Shown: piece by piece, positions 1 through 11,097 of the stretch
Layout of the letters: each line of letters starts with the position of its first letter
Position numbering within the stretch: position 1 is the stretch's first letter
Origin: Nemertoderma westbladi
Taxonomy: Eukaryota; Animalia; Xenacoelomorpha
Direction: 5' to 3'
DNA: 64,000 nt
Assembly (NCBI GenBank): GCA_032718475.1
Contig: JAUCBJ010007289.1
Span: 248,001 to 312,000, forward strand
Notes under the pieces: model-generated
Told to the model about the DNA's origin: nothing
Database searches by the model: none
Seen by the model: the letters and a program-made list of their open reading frames with translations, nothing else
Made by a program: the position numbers and the translations under genes

Positions 1-670
1 TGATTACTATAAATGGCTGTTTAGTCCTCTCTGCGTAGGAAAAAAATGAAAAAAACAAGTAACCAGCACTTTTCAGTTAGAACACAAAATTTTTAATTCA
101 CTTATACGATGCTATAAATTCACATTTTCAGGTTTTCGAGGGCGCTGATTCTAATGGAATACATTTCTAATATGCCAGATCATTGCTACTTGTATTTTTC
201 GGCGTTTTTTGGCAAATTTTGGTGCTAGCACCAAATTTCGTACCCATCACCAAAATGTACAAGTTTGCGATGTCCAGTGCTGTTTTTATTGATTCCATCG
301 GTTTCAGGACCCTCATAAACCCGTATAACGCAAGAAACAAGGTGATACTATCTACTTATCAATTTGCATATTTTCCAAAATTTGGTGCTGGCACAACAAT
401 TTTCACCTACCGGCGAAAAATACCATTTTGAGAACACTTATGAGATTTTTACTGATTCCATTGAATTCAGAACCATCACAAACCCATATAACGCAAGAAA
501 CAAGGTGACACAATCAATTGATATATTTGATGGTTTTCAAAATTTGGTGCTAGCACCACATTTTGCACCCACATCCGAAAAATACAAGTTTGAGATGTCT
601 AGTTCGATAATTATATTTTCCATTGAATTCAGAACAGCCATAAACCTCTAAAACCCAAGAAATAAGTTGT

Positions 671-923
671 TGTGGGAGCGCTAGAGAGTCGTCCCTCTAG
701 CCTTCCAACTTCTTATATTATATCAAAAGGTTATATATATAATGATATCGTGTAATGAAACAATATAGGCCGTTAGGTACCGGTAGGTATGTGACAGCAG
801 TATATATATATGAACTCAATGTTGATCTAGTTGCTAGGAAACCCCCGCAGTTGCCACAGAGATCAACCAATCAAAAACACGGGTTATCAGTGACCATTAG
901 CCCCGAAGGGGCAGTCCGCTACA
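671..923 (-). repeat. 3' LTR of G1
   Basis: TGTGGGAGCG...CCGCTACA, preceded on the minus strand by the purine tract GGGGGGGTGG. Confidence 0.97.
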
Positions 924-932
924 CCACCCCCC

Positions 933-3900
933 CTAGTGATAAACCCAAGGTGTTTTGGTTCCTGTAAAACGTGTGGGCTGTTGTGAAACGCGTCCAGATC
1001 GAGTTGTTACGGCGGGTCGCGGTTGAACAGTTTGTTCCGGTGTACAGGGTGGGTTTTGGGTGGTGGTATCCACCAGGGTGGGTGTGTCGTCCACGAAAGC
1101 TTGCTTCAGGCGGTCGACAGAGACGTTGGTCGAACGACCGTTGACAGACAGTGTGTAAAACTTGTCCGCCCGTGCCAGAACGCGGAAGGGGCCGTTGTAC
1201 TGACACTGCAGAGGGCCTTTGTGGGCGTCATGGCGGACAAAGACGTTGTCCGTTCGCAGCAGGTCAGGCGGGACGTGTGTGTGGCGGTGTTCCTGGCCAT
1301 GGCTGGTCGTTGGTGTTGCGCGAAGGCGGCGCATCGAGTTCCTGAGGCCAGTGATAAACTCGCCGTGGTCGGGACAAGTGTCGCTCGAGAGTTCGGAGGA
1401 TGAGAAGAACTCTCCGGGGAGGCGAATCGTTGTCCCGTAGAGGAGTTCGGCTGATGTGCAGCCGAGGTCTTCTTTCGGGGTAGTCCGTATCCCGAGGAGG
1501 ACAATCGGGAGTTCATCCACCCAGTTCGGGCCGCGGAGGCGAGCTTTAAGGGACGCCTTAAGCTGCCGGTGGAATCGTTCCACGATGCCATTGGACTGTG
1601 GGTGGTAGGCTGTGGTGTGGTGGGCGTGGGAGCCGAGCAACTCGTTGAGGGAGGCCCACAGTTCGGACGTAAACTGGGATCCACGGTCCGACGAGATGTG
1701 TGCCGGGACGCCATAGTGGGCCACCCAATGGGCGAGCAGTGCACGGGCGCAGGAGATAGTGGTGGAGTCAGCCATTGGGACGGCCGTGGGCCATCGGGTG
1801 AATCGGTCTACAATGGTAAACAAGTAACAGGCGCCTTGAGAAGGAGGAAGGGGACCCACGATGTCGACTTGGATCTTCTCAAAGCGTCTGTCTGGGGTTT
1901 CAAAACGTTCGAGTGGGGCGGAGACGTGGCGCTGAGTTTTAGCCCGCTGGCAACCGACGCACTCCTTGGCCCACTTCCCGACATCGCGGTGTAAACCGTG
2001 CCAGACGAAACGTTTGGCAATGAGGCGGTGGGATGAACGTATTGAGGGGTGGGGAAGGTCGTGGATGGCGTTGAAAATCCGGCGACGCCATTGGTCCGGA
2101 ATGATCGGACGTGGGCGGGAGGTGGACACGTCGCACAACACGGAAAATGTACCATTGTCTACTGGGATGTCTTGTAGGACGAGGTTGGTGATTGCGGTGC
2201 GATATGCCTGTACACCAGGGTCGTTGTACTGGGCCTGGGACAATGCGGCGTAGTCGATGTGTTGGTTGGGGAGTGTCGCGTTGAGTTCGATCGGGGGATC
2301 TGCATCTGCAAGTTCGACCCGGGAGAGGGCGTCGGCCACGAAGTTCGACTTGCCTTCAATGTGTCGGATGTCGGTTGTAAATTCCGACACAAACGCTAGG
2401 TGGCGCTGTTGACGTGGCGACCAGCGTTCTGAGGCGCTGCTGAAAGCGAAGGTTAGTGGTTTGTGGTCCATGTAGGTGTGGAATCTACGTCCCTCGAGGA
2501 AGTACTGAAAGTGCCTGATCCCCAGATACATTGCGAGGAGTTCGCGATCGAACGCGCTGTATCGGGTTTCGGTGGGTCGCAGTTTCCGGGAGAAGAAAGC
2601 GACAGGGCGCCAGAGTCCGTCGAGGAACTGCTCGAGGACTCCGCCAACCGCCTTGTCGGAGGCGTCCACGGTGAGGCTGGTGGCGGCGGAGTGACTCGGA
2701 TGGACGAGGAGAGTTGCGGAGGCCAACGCGGTCTTGGCGTTCTCAAACGCCGACTCCATGACGGGTGTCCAGTTAAGGGACTTCGCGGTCGAAGCGAGTG
2801 CACTGTGGAGTGGATGGAGCAACTCCGTGGCCTGGGAGATGAAACGATGATAAAAATTTATCATCCCAACGAATTGTTGGAGGCCCTTCTTGTCGGCTGG
2901 GCGGGGAAACTCCGCGATGGCCTCGACCTTCTCTGGGATTGGCGTTGCACCGGAGGCGGAGATGTTGTGTCCCAGGAAGGTGAGTGAGGCGACACCGAAA
3001 ACGCACTTGGATACGTTTATGATTAGTCCATGAGCAGTGAGGCGTTCGAACAACAATCGGAGGTGTCGGAGGTGCTCTTCGGGGCTGGAACTCGCGACAA
3101 GGATGTCGTCAAGGTAAATAAACGCAAAATCGAGCTCCCGGCAGACATTATCCATGAGTCTCTGGAAAGACTGAGCAGCGTTACGGGTTCCAAAAGGCAT
3201 CCGGCGGAATTCGAATAAACCGAATGGAGTGATCACTGCAGTCTTTGGGATGTCCTCCTCGGCAACCGGGATTTGATGGTATCCCCGGACCAGGTCTACC
3301 TTTGAATAGATTGTGGTGCCGGCGAGTTGGGAGGAGAAATCCTGGAGGTGTGGAATGGGGTATCTGTCGGGGATTGTCGCGTCGTTGAGTCGGCGGTAGT
3401 CTCCGCAGGGGCGCCAACCGCCGTTCGGTTTAGGGGCGAGATGGAGCGGGGATGCCCAGGTACTCGAGGAGCGGCGGATGATCCCCATCTGCTCCATCTG
3501 CTCGAATTCGCGCCGAGCAATGGCGAGTTTCTCGGGGGAAAGTCGACGAGGCCGAGCGTAAACCGGCTGCCCTTTCGTGGGTATGTGATGTTCCATGCCG
3601 TGTTTGGTGCTCGGCTGCGAAAAACAGGGTTCTGTTAGAGTGGGGAACTCTGACAAGAGTTTGTTGTACATATTGTCGGTTTGGTCGATGGAATGGAGGC
3701 CAGGAGCGACAGTATCGGCAAGACGTGCTGGTATACTGGTGAAGGTCTTCGCATCGATTATACGTTGCCCCTTTATATCGATGAGCAGTCCGTTGTTGCG
3801 GAAAAAGTCGGCGCCGAGAATCGGTTGTGAAACGTCGGCGAGGGTAAACTTCCAGTTCATCCGGCCCAGATTCAAGTTTAGCGGGATTTCCCGAGTTCCG

Positions 3901-4127
3901 AAAGTCTTAATTGGGCTGCCGTTTGCTGCGACGAGGGAAACGGTTGGCGTGTTGAGGCGCCGTTCTCGTGGGGAGGCGGGGAAAACGCTGAGTTCGGCCC
4001 CGGAGTCGACAAGAAACCGTAGACCAGCGTTCCAGTCCCAGACATAGAGGAGGCGACTTGTACCATCTCGACCAGCGGCACTCGCCGCCATTAGTGGCTG
4101 GTCGGGCCGTTTCCCGAGAAGGAACAC
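933..4127 (-). CDS. pol: G1 Pol polyprotein (protease, RT, RNase H, integrase with GPY/F), probably expressed by -1 frameshift from gag
   Basis: Uninterrupted 1064-aa frame: LVDSGA (PR), WASPLH, YLDD (RT), TVDASD (RH), HDLPH...CVGC, DIVGPLP / SDRGSQF / ERFHR (IN DDE), YNGPF. Confidence 0.97.
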   Translation of the reverse strand: MFLLGKRPDQPLMAASAAGRDGTSRLLYVWDWNAGLRFLVDSGAELSVFPASPRERRLNTPTVSLVAANGSPIKTFGTREIPLNLNLGRMNWKFTLADVSQPILGADFFRNNGLLIDIKGQRIIDAKTFTSIPARLADTVAPGLHSIDQTDNMYNKLLSEFPTLTEPCFSQPSTKHGMEHHIPTKGQPVYARPRRLSPEKLAIARREFEQMEQMGIIRRSSSTWASPLHLAPKPNGGWRPCGDYRRLNDATIPDRYPIPHLQDFSSQLAGTTIYSKVDLVRGYHQIPVAEEDIPKTAVITPFGLFEFRRMPFGTRNAAQSFQRLMDNVCRELDFAFIYLDDILVASSSPEEHLRHLRLLFERLTAHGLIINVSKCVFGVASLTFLGHNISASGATPIPEKVEAIAEFPRPADKKGLQQFVGMINFYHRFISQATELLHPLHSALASTAKSLNWTPVMESAFENAKTALASATLLVHPSHSAATSLTVDASDKAVGGVLEQFLDGLWRPVAFFSRKLRPTETRYSAFDRELLAMYLGIRHFQYFLEGRRFHTYMDHKPLTFAFSSASERWSPRQQRHLAFVSEFTTDIRHIEGKSNFVADALSRVELADADPPIELNATLPNQHIDYAALSQAQYNDPGVQAYRTAITNLVLQDIPVDNGTFSVLCDVSTSRPRPIIPDQWRRRIFNAIHDLPHPSIRSSHRLIAKRFVWHGLHRDVGKWAKECVGCQRAKTQRHVSAPLERFETPDRRFEKIQVDIVGPLPPSQGACYLFTIVDRFTRWPTAVPMADSTTISCARALLAHWVAHYGVPAHISSDRGSQFTSELWASLNELLGSHAHHTTAYHPQSNGIVERFHRQLKASLKARLRGPNWVDELPIVLLGIRTTPKEDLGCTSAELLYGTTIRLPGEFFSSSELSSDTCPDHGEFITGLRNSMRRLRATPTTSHGQEHRHTHVPPDLLRTDNVFVRHDAHKGPLQCQYNGPFRVLARADKFYTLSVNGRSTNVSVDRLKQAFVDDTPTLVDTTTQNPPCTPEQTVQPRPAVTTRSGRVSQQPTRFTGTKTPWVYH

Positions 4128-4753
4128 GGGGCCTTACAGTTCTTCGCTTTGGCACCGTACTTGGCGTGGTACCAGCATAAGGTCGAGGAAGTCGAGGACC
4201 GTGCTGGCGTATCGCGTCCCCCATCGCTGCGGTGGGGGCGACTGACTCCGAAAGCGGGAGGTTGTTGGGCCTTGGTCTCGACAACGGCGTCAGCGGCTTC
4301 CGCGAGTTCGCGAACGTCAGCAATTTTTAAGGCGGAAACCATTAGCCGGACATCGTCTGGAAGTTGCTGAAGAAACAGTTGGCGGAACAGTTGATCCACG
4401 GGGTTGTTGCCGTTTAATGCCAGCATGTAGTCCAGCAATTCTGTAGGTCGTTTGTCGCCGAGTCCAGGAAGGTTTAATAGTTTAGAGGCCTTCTGCTCCG
4501 GTGTCAGGCCGTAACACCGCAGGAGAGCCGCCTTCAGGAAATCATATTTCCCGGTGGTTGGGGGGTTCGAGATCGTCGCTACCATCCGACTGGCCACGGT
4601 TTGTTCCAGCGCGGCGACGACGTAGAAATACCGCGTTTCGTCGGTGGTGATGGCGCGGGTAGCGAATTGGGCCTCGGCCTGGAGGAACCACACGTGCGGT
4701 TCGAGGGGCCAAAACGTTGGTAGTTTTAGTGATACCGCGTTTTGTTCTGCCAT
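4091..4753 (-). CDS. gag: G1 Gag
   Basis: 220 aa starting [25 protein letters not shown], with C-terminal [18 protein letters not shown] (CHCC motif). Overlaps pol in the -1 frame. Confidence 0.95.
   Translation of the reverse strand: MAEQNAVSLKLPTFWPLEPHVWFLQAEAQFATRAITTDETRYFYVVAALEQTVASRMVATISNPPTTGKYDFLKAALLRCYGLTPEQKASKLLNLPGLGDKRPTELLDYMLALNGNNPVDQLFRQLFLQQLPDDVRLMVSALKIADVRELAEAADAVVETKAQQPPAFGVSRPHRSDGGRDTPARSSTSSTLCWYHAKYGAKAKNCKAPCSFSGNGPTSH
4109..4115 (-). promoter_or_regulatory. Slippery heptamer G GGA AAC for gag-pol -1 frameshift
   Basis: GGGAAAC on the minus strand in the gag/pol overlap, in the correct phase (...S G N...). Confidence 0.8.
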
Positions 4754-4793
4754 CGCGATCGTGACGTTGGTTGTTCCGGTTATCGGGTGGTAG

Positions 4794-4814
4794 CAAATCT
4801 CGTCTGGGTCACCA
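4794..4814 (-). promoter_or_regulatory. G1 primer-binding site, tRNA-Trp-like
   Basis: TGGTGACCCAGACGAGATTTG, 1 nt after the 5' LTR. Two mismatches to the eukaryotic tRNA-Trp 3' complement TGGTGACCCCGACGTGATTTG (from recall). Confidence 0.85.
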
Positions 4815-4815
4815 A

Positions 4816-5068
4816 TGTGGGAGCGCTAGAGAGTCGTCCCTCTAGCCTTCCAACTTCTTATATTATATCAAAAGGTTATATATATAATGATATTGTGTAA
4901 TGAAACAATATAGGCCGTTAGGTACCGGTAGGTATGTGACAGCAGTATATATATATGAACTCAATGTTGATCTAGTTGCTAGGAAACCCCCGCAGTTGCC
5001 ACAGAGATCAACTAAGCAAAAACACGGGTTATCAGTGACCATTAGCCCCGAAGGGGCAGTCCGCTACA
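4816..5068 (-). repeat. 5' LTR of G1
   Basis: Direct repeat of 671-923. Confidence 0.97.
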
Positions 5069-5654
5069 TTGTCACAAGCAATTTTATTTTTTGAATGGAT
5101 TTTTTTCAAAATTTCGGGCTTGCACCAAAATTTGCACACAGCAACGAAAAATACAAGTTTGATACGCTTGGTGCAACTCGTATATATTTCATCGAATCTA
5201 GAAACCCAAAAAACCCCAATTGCGTAAAAAACAAGTTTCAAACAATCAATTTACAAAATTGACTTATTTCAAAATTTGGTGCTGGCACCACAATTTGGCA
5301 CCCACCGAAAAAAACAAGTTTGAAATTTCTAAATCAATTTATATGAATTCCATCAAATTTCTAACACCAAAAAACCGGTGTAAATAATAAATAGAGATGT
5401 TACAATTCATATTTAATGAAATGTAATTTTCAAAAAACGTCTCAAAAAAAGTGCCAAAAGTAGGGTTAAAAAATGGTGCTATAACTCGAAAAGTACCCAA
5501 TATTTTTGAAAACGGTTTTCACTACTAGGAAGACAATAGATTTTTAGTAAAAGTCATAAAATTTCAGATACCCAAATGCGTATGTTTCAGATTTATAATA
5601 AAAAAACCACGGGAGGGGTCATATTGACCCCCCCCCCGGGTTTAATAGGGTTAA

Positions 5655-7909
5655 TAAACAATAAGTTGAAAGTTCCTCGAGCGGAGTTAAAAGCGGCTCT
5701 ATACGCTACAGCCATCGGCCGGAATGTAACAGAACAGATCGACTATCCACTGGAGAAAACTGTCTATTGGACCGACGCTTTACTCGTGTTGGAGTATATA
5801 ACCAATGAAGTCTGTCAGTTCAGCGTCATCGTTACCAACAGAGTAGCCATAATACTCAGTCACACAACGATGGATCAATGGAGACATTGCCCCGGAACGA
5901 TTAATCCAGCAGACATCGCTTCCAGGGGAGCAACTCCACAAGAACTGGTAGATACTCCAGACTGGCTAGGTGGACCCGACTTCCTCTACAAAGAAGAAGA
6001 AGAATGGCCTCCTCATCTTACTACCACAGAGATTAGACAAGCCAAGGGAGCGGAGAAAGTCAAACCTAAAACTCGGGCGAGTAAATCGAAGTTATTCAAA
6101 CCTATGGTAGATCTGTCTGTGCTACATACTTCCGGAGACGACACCTTGGATCAGAAACCCACAGCCACAAATAAGTCTGTAGTGGAAATCCGTGAGAAGG
6201 ATTGGAAATCTGGAATACCAGACGTCTCGCAAGGACTCTCACCTCTTCTGCAGAGAGCGATACATCACTACAGTTCCTGGAATCGGCTCTGTAAGGCCGT
6301 TACATATTTAAAGAGATGTTTTCACCATCACTACTCCGGGATGAAGACCAAAAGTGATACTGCTCCAATAACATCGGTGCAGGTCCATGTTGTTAAAGAT
6401 CTTCCCAAATATAAGATACCGACAGGTTTCTGAAGGAGAAGATCAGTCATCAGGAGCATGAAGAAACCAACAAACAGATGCTGAGACTCCTGCAATGCTA
6501 TGAGGATTCCGATAAGTATTTCCTGTTGTTGAGAAATCCGCAGATGCGCTTAAGGGATCGTTTCTCTAGCACAATGATAGATGGGTTGATACGTGTTGGA
6601 GGAAGATTAACGAATGCTCCATTATCGATCCTTTGACACTAAGTTTCCCATACTCATTAGAAATCTTGAAATACAAGTCAAGATGATTGTAGATGTTCAC
6701 AGCAAACTTTATCATGCTGGTAGGGAACGAGTTCTTAGCAAAATTCGAACTCGCTATTATTTTTATAAACCCCGTAGAGCTCTGAACCAAGTTCTTAGGA
6801 ACTGCATACCCTGTAGGAAAGCATTCAGTAGGCCTTTAACACAGCGAGAGGCAGAATTACCTAGGGAACGAGTAAGCTTCTATGAACCACCCTTTACTAA
6901 TACCGGTGTGGATTTATTTGGCCCCATTGAAGTATATCGTGCTAGGACTATAGTCAAGAGATGGTGTGTCATCTTTGTTTGTATGACTTGTAGAGCTATC
7001 CATCTCGACATGGTGAACGATTTATCTACCAACAGCTTTCTATTAAGCTTACGACGACAGATCGCTCGCTTTGGCACTAGTAACACGATGAGATCTGATA
7101 AGGGAACAAACTTCATTGGTGCCAACAATGAAATCAAAGCTTACGTCAAAGATTGGAACCAAAGACAGGTGGACGATCAGCTACGAGTAACAGCGTCTAG
7201 CTGGACCTTCAACGCCGCCGACGCCCCTTGGTGGGGAGGAAGTTGGGAGAGATTAATAAGAAGTGTGAAGACCGCATTTCACTTTATAGTGCCGTGCCGC
7301 GCATATCTCACCGACGAACTTTTGCGGACGTTAATGGAGGAAATCGCCGCCTATCTCAACGAGAGACCGCTTATGCCAGTCTCATCAAGTCCCGATTCCC
7401 TGGAAGCGCTAACACCCGCGCATTTCCTACTGAAGAAACCTGTAGCCATGCTCCCACAATCGGAAATCACAGACGGAGACGAATACTGCCGGCAAACTTG
7501 GCAACTCATGCAGTTGTTATCCCGTCGTTTCGCTGACCATTTCGAAAAACATTATCTGCCCACGCTACAACTTCGAACTAAGTGGTTTGCGCAGCAAGAA
7601 AACGTCAGCGCTGGAGACATGGTTCTTATTGTGGATGTAGATCTTCCACGTAAGCGGTGGCAGACAGGTCGTATCATCGAGACTCACATCTCGGATGACG
7701 GTTTGGTGCGATTGGTAGAACTCGTCGTCATGCGACGTAACTTCAAGAAACCGGGAATTGTCTTCGAGACACAGCAGCTCAATCGCCCAGTTGGTCGCTT
7801 ATGTTTACTGGAAAGAGACAGAGAACTCTCCGGAAACTATGGGAGGCAAGATACTCTTCCCACGACCACCTCCCTAATCCAACAAACATCTAGGGACTCC
7901 CCAACTTAA
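5655..7909 (+). pseudogene. pol: BEL/Pao element A: pol 3' part (end of RNase H, linker, integrase), frameshifted
   Basis: VPRAELKAA, YWTDA, QWRHCPGTINPADIASRG, HSKLYHAG...CIPC, PPFTNTGVDLFGP, RAIHLD, SDKGTNF, WWGGSWERL, and a DUF5641-like tail. Split over ORFs 5576-6433 and 6614-7909. Confidence 0.93.
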
Positions 7910-8112
7910 CAACGGCTGGAGTGGGTGTATGACTATATTTGTATTTGTTTTATTCTTTTATATTTATGTATATATTATTATGTAATTTTATTATAATCGT
8001 TTTCTTTAATTTTATTTAGTAGAATGTTATTTTAGCAATTATTTAGTAGATTAGTGCAATATATATTCGCGTTTATTACTTAATTACTTATATATTATAT
8101 ATTTAGTGCGAC

Positions 8113-9149
8113 ATAGATAGATAGATTTATTTATACATTATGTAAAAACAATAACAAATACACCAAACAATGTACCGGTATAAAGGTATTGTCCAACATA
8201 AAAAATATAGGATTACCCCTAAAGCTTCGCAGCTTATTTCCAAGGGGGTCCTTTATGTTACTTGGTTACAAATACAATATTACACTACGCTAACCTAAAA
8301 CCCATATAAAACGTAATTACACTATGTACATGTACAACTTTACCGAGAGCGTGACAATGCCCGTCTCAACGATAAAGATGTAATGTACAGAACAATTTAA
8401 TATAAAACGTAATTACAGTCTAAATAGTAAATAATTAATAAACTAATAACTTACTGTAGGACTATTGTACCTATTTTTACATTGCACACGGAGATGAGAT
8501 TTAACTGCAGATTTAAAAGAATGTTGATTATTTAGGTTTTTAATTTCATTAGGCAGAGCGTTCCAATTTTTTATGCCGTTAAAAAAGAAAGTATCAGATT
8601 CAAAGGATTTACAATTCGGGAGGTAGAAGTTTGAAGCACTAGCTCTGGTACTGTAAGAGTGTGTATCGCGTACTCTGTTGAATTTTTGTTTTAGGTAATT
8701 GGGACATTTACCATTATACACTTTATGCACATGGTTAAGGCGTAGCTGCTTAACTCTACTATCTAAGTTAAGTAGTCCAGATTCAGAAAAGTCATCTGGA
8801 GTTAGGTGGTGCCTAGGTTTGTAGTCTTTAATAAATCGTACTACTTTATTCTGAGCTACTTGTAATTTACATTTAAGTTGTTTGGTTAAGCCTTCATACC
8901 AAGAAGAGCACGCATAGTCCATGTGACACTGTATTAAAGTAGAGCAAAGTAGCTTGCGGGAGTCGGTGTTCAAACTATTTTTATTTCTGTATAGAAACCT
9001 AAGCCTACTGTTAACTTTCGAGAAAATATTTTTCACTGTACTTTCTCCTGATAAGCAGTTATCCAATGTGGCGCCTAAATATTTAACTTCCTTTTTATTT
9101 TCAATCTTATGTCCATTACTAGTGACTTCAATATTAGTTACCTTCTTTA
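8113..9149 (-). mobile_element. 5'-truncated L2/CR1-group (Crack-like) LINE, copy 1
   Basis: ORF2 C-terminus 8443-9066 (KVNSRLRFLYR..HMDYACSSWY..KLQVAQNKVVRFI..IKNWNALP), 3' UTR, AATAAA and (ATCT)n tail. Nearly identical to 35010-36330. Confidence 0.9.
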
Positions 9150-9501
9150 GCGCCTTCTTCGTTACTCTCGTTACCTTCTTCGCGACGGCGAGAAATAATT
9201 CTTTTTCTCTTTCCTTACTGTCCGTATTACATTACGAATACATAATTACAGTAAGATGAAATGTCCGTACTTATTAAAGTACAATCAAGCTCCTAGTATA
9301 TTTAAGTATTATTGGTAAGCAGAGTATTAGGAATGCAAAATTCAGATCCTCGTGTCTCGGCTAAACCGAGCTCTGGGTAGACCTTGGAAACGACTTGCCT
9401 CTTCTCACTGACATTGCTTCGTGCGATATTGCTCTCATACCGTATATTAAATAATACATATAGTAGCGTGATGTCCTTTTAACAGTAGCGTACAACGCAA
9501 A

Positions 9502-9797
9502 TAAATCTGTTAAACCCTTTGACCATCTGAAATTCTAGTCGATTAAGATATCGCGGCACCCACTGATATACTTGAAAGACAAAATTTTAGAATCAGTGGT
9601 TAACGTCCCCAGACAAGTTCTGGAATAAACTGGTGCCCATCCTAAATATTAATTATTAATATTTATAAAATCTGTCGAAATTTTAGATCCTTTAAAATTC
9701 AAGTCGATTAAGATATCGTAGCACTTACCGATACTCTTAAAAGGTCAAAATTCCTAGAATCAAGGATCCCAGTCCCCAGACATGTTCTGGAATAAAA
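9502..9797. repeat. Imperfect ~167-bp tandem duplication
   Basis: AGTCGATTAAGATATCG and GTCCCCAGACA.GTTCTGGAATAAA each occur twice, about 167-170 bp apart. Confidence 0.75.
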
Positions 9798-10103
9798 TTG
9801 TGTCTATTTAACATTAAATAATAAAATTTACGGGAATAAATTTAAATTCATACATTTCAATGAATTTAATAAATTGTCAATTTTATACAATTTATAACAT
9901 TCCCAAAATTCCATTAATTAATAGATCATGGGAGCGGAGATTCACTCTATTAAGTGTATTTGTGTGCGAGAATCTCCAATATATAGTCAATAGCCGATAA
10001 AATTCATAAAATCATATATATAGAGGATATTGACAATTAAAGAATTACTATTAAATAGCCCTAATAAAATTACCCTAATTCTACCGCTAGCTTTCCATAA
10101 TGT

Positions 10104-10569
10104 CTACTACTACTAGGATCGGCATGCTGCATTGCAGCTGCATTTTTAAGAATGCTGTGCCGGCTTGTCAACAAAATTGCACCACCACAACTCCCTATCA
10201 CCCATGACATTTGCTAGATCATCCGCATCTTTAAGGCCAGTGTCCTTTAAGATGCGTCTCAAGAAAGTCATGGGCTGTCCACCATGCTTATTCACTCCAT
10301 GAGGCTGCCAAAGTACAAGATTATGCACTGGCTGGTCCTCATGGCGAAAGCAATGTCCTGCAAAGCGGAGGCGATTTTGTTCTAGTGTCAAGCTTGGGGG
10401 AACCAATGAGACACCTCCAATGTTATATAGTGTCTGGTTGGAGATGTGTGCATTGTACTTGACACAATGAACCCGGCGTAGCATTCTTGTGAATGTGCCA
10501 TCCAGAGATTTGGTGTCCTCAGCAGTTAGAGCCCAGCATGGACTCCCGTAGAGGAGTACTGGAACTACT
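10104..10569 (-). mobile_element. 5'-truncated RTE-clade LINE 3' end with (TAG)n tail
   Basis: ORF 10146-10484 (RLRFAGHCFRHEDQPVHNLVLWQP) matches 63714-64000. (CTA)4 at 10104-10115. Confidence 0.9.
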
Positions 10570-11097
10570 ATCAGTAGACATAGTACTGTTGCTATGTCAC
10601 CATAGCAACAACCACGCTAGAATTAGAAGTGAGTTAAAAGAACAATAGAAAGCTTGCCCCATTGAATAGCATAGGGAATAAATAGCGCACTGCTAGTATC
10701 CAAGGATACATAATAAATAAAGTGACATTCTGGAAGGTACTGACTAACGGACAAATGGCCCGAATGTGTACAGTTTGTGGCAGTTGTGTTGAATTTGTGC
10801 GTTCATAGGTGAATGTTACTGCTAAAGTGTGTTTACAGTAGATAGTCGCAATTGTGAAAGTAGCCCTAACTCTCCAGAAAGAACCTGAAGTACATCTAAG
10901 CCTTTGGGACGGACAGTGGAGTGACTTGTGCCGGTTATCGTTGTCGTTGTGTAGCTACATCGTTGGTGAAAGCACAGTGACGACGGTACATCGGCGCTGA
11001 GGATCTTGCACTGTCCGGGGGCAAAAGAGGGGTAGGCAGCGACGCCCGCTAGCCTAATATATAAACTCATTATAATATTGATATACTCATAGCAGAT

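Larger units (their letters stand above)
671..5068 (-). mobile_element. Full-length Ty3/Gypsy LTR retrotransposon G1, CsRn1/Kabuki-like clade
   Basis: 253-bp TG...CA LTRs at 671-923 and 4816-5068 (3 mismatches counted by eye). 4-bp TSD TTGT at 667-670 and 5069-5072, with the empty site visible near 61305. tRNA-Trp-like PBS, PPT at 924-933, CHCC-type Gag motif, domain order PR-RT-RH-IN. Confidence 0.97.
200..5330. repeat. Imperfect ~162-bp tandem repeat inside the piggyBac-like element (about 5 units, split by Gypsy G1)
   Basis: TTTGGTGCT(A/G)GCAC recurs at 218, 381, 543 and 5275, with a degenerate unit near 5115. Spacing is 162-163 bp left of the Gypsy insertion. Units also share TACAAGTTTG and CAAGAAACAAG-type segments. 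Confidence 0.8.
1..5650. mobile_element. Non-autonomous piggyBac-like DNA transposon (right end in window, left end not seen), interrupted by Gypsy G1
   Basis: Ends ...GACCCCCCCCCCGGGTTTAATAGGG followed by TTAA (5651-5654), i.e. TTAA|CCCT... on the minus strand, the piggyBac terminus/TSD pattern. BEL RNase H coding (KLKVPRAELKAA) follows right after. No transposase ORF. Bases 86-670 plus 5073-5153 match 60725-61387. Confidence 0.6.
7926..9854 (+). repeat. Probable 3' LTR of BEL A (start firm, end uncertain; interrupted by a LINE)
   Basis: Purine-rich GGCTGGAGTGGG then TGTATGA at 7926. The exact inverse TCATACA ends at 9854. Alternative ends at 9484 or 9494. No second LTR in the window to confirm. 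Confidence 0.4.

Noticed and set aside
200-670. CRISPR-like array from recurring TTTGGTGCTAGCACCA
   Set aside because: The intervening sequence is itself repeated (whole ~162-bp units), there are no unique spacers or cas genes, and the context is eukaryotic TE.
919-4370. Numerous alternative-frame and antisense ORFs over the Gypsy element
   Set aside because: Expected shadows of a GC-rich coding region, with no recognisable motifs.
5461-5469. Second piggyBac-like terminus TAGGG|TTAA
   Set aside because: Only 9 bp match the terminus at 5646-5654 and no partner end is in the window, so a nested element cannot be supported.
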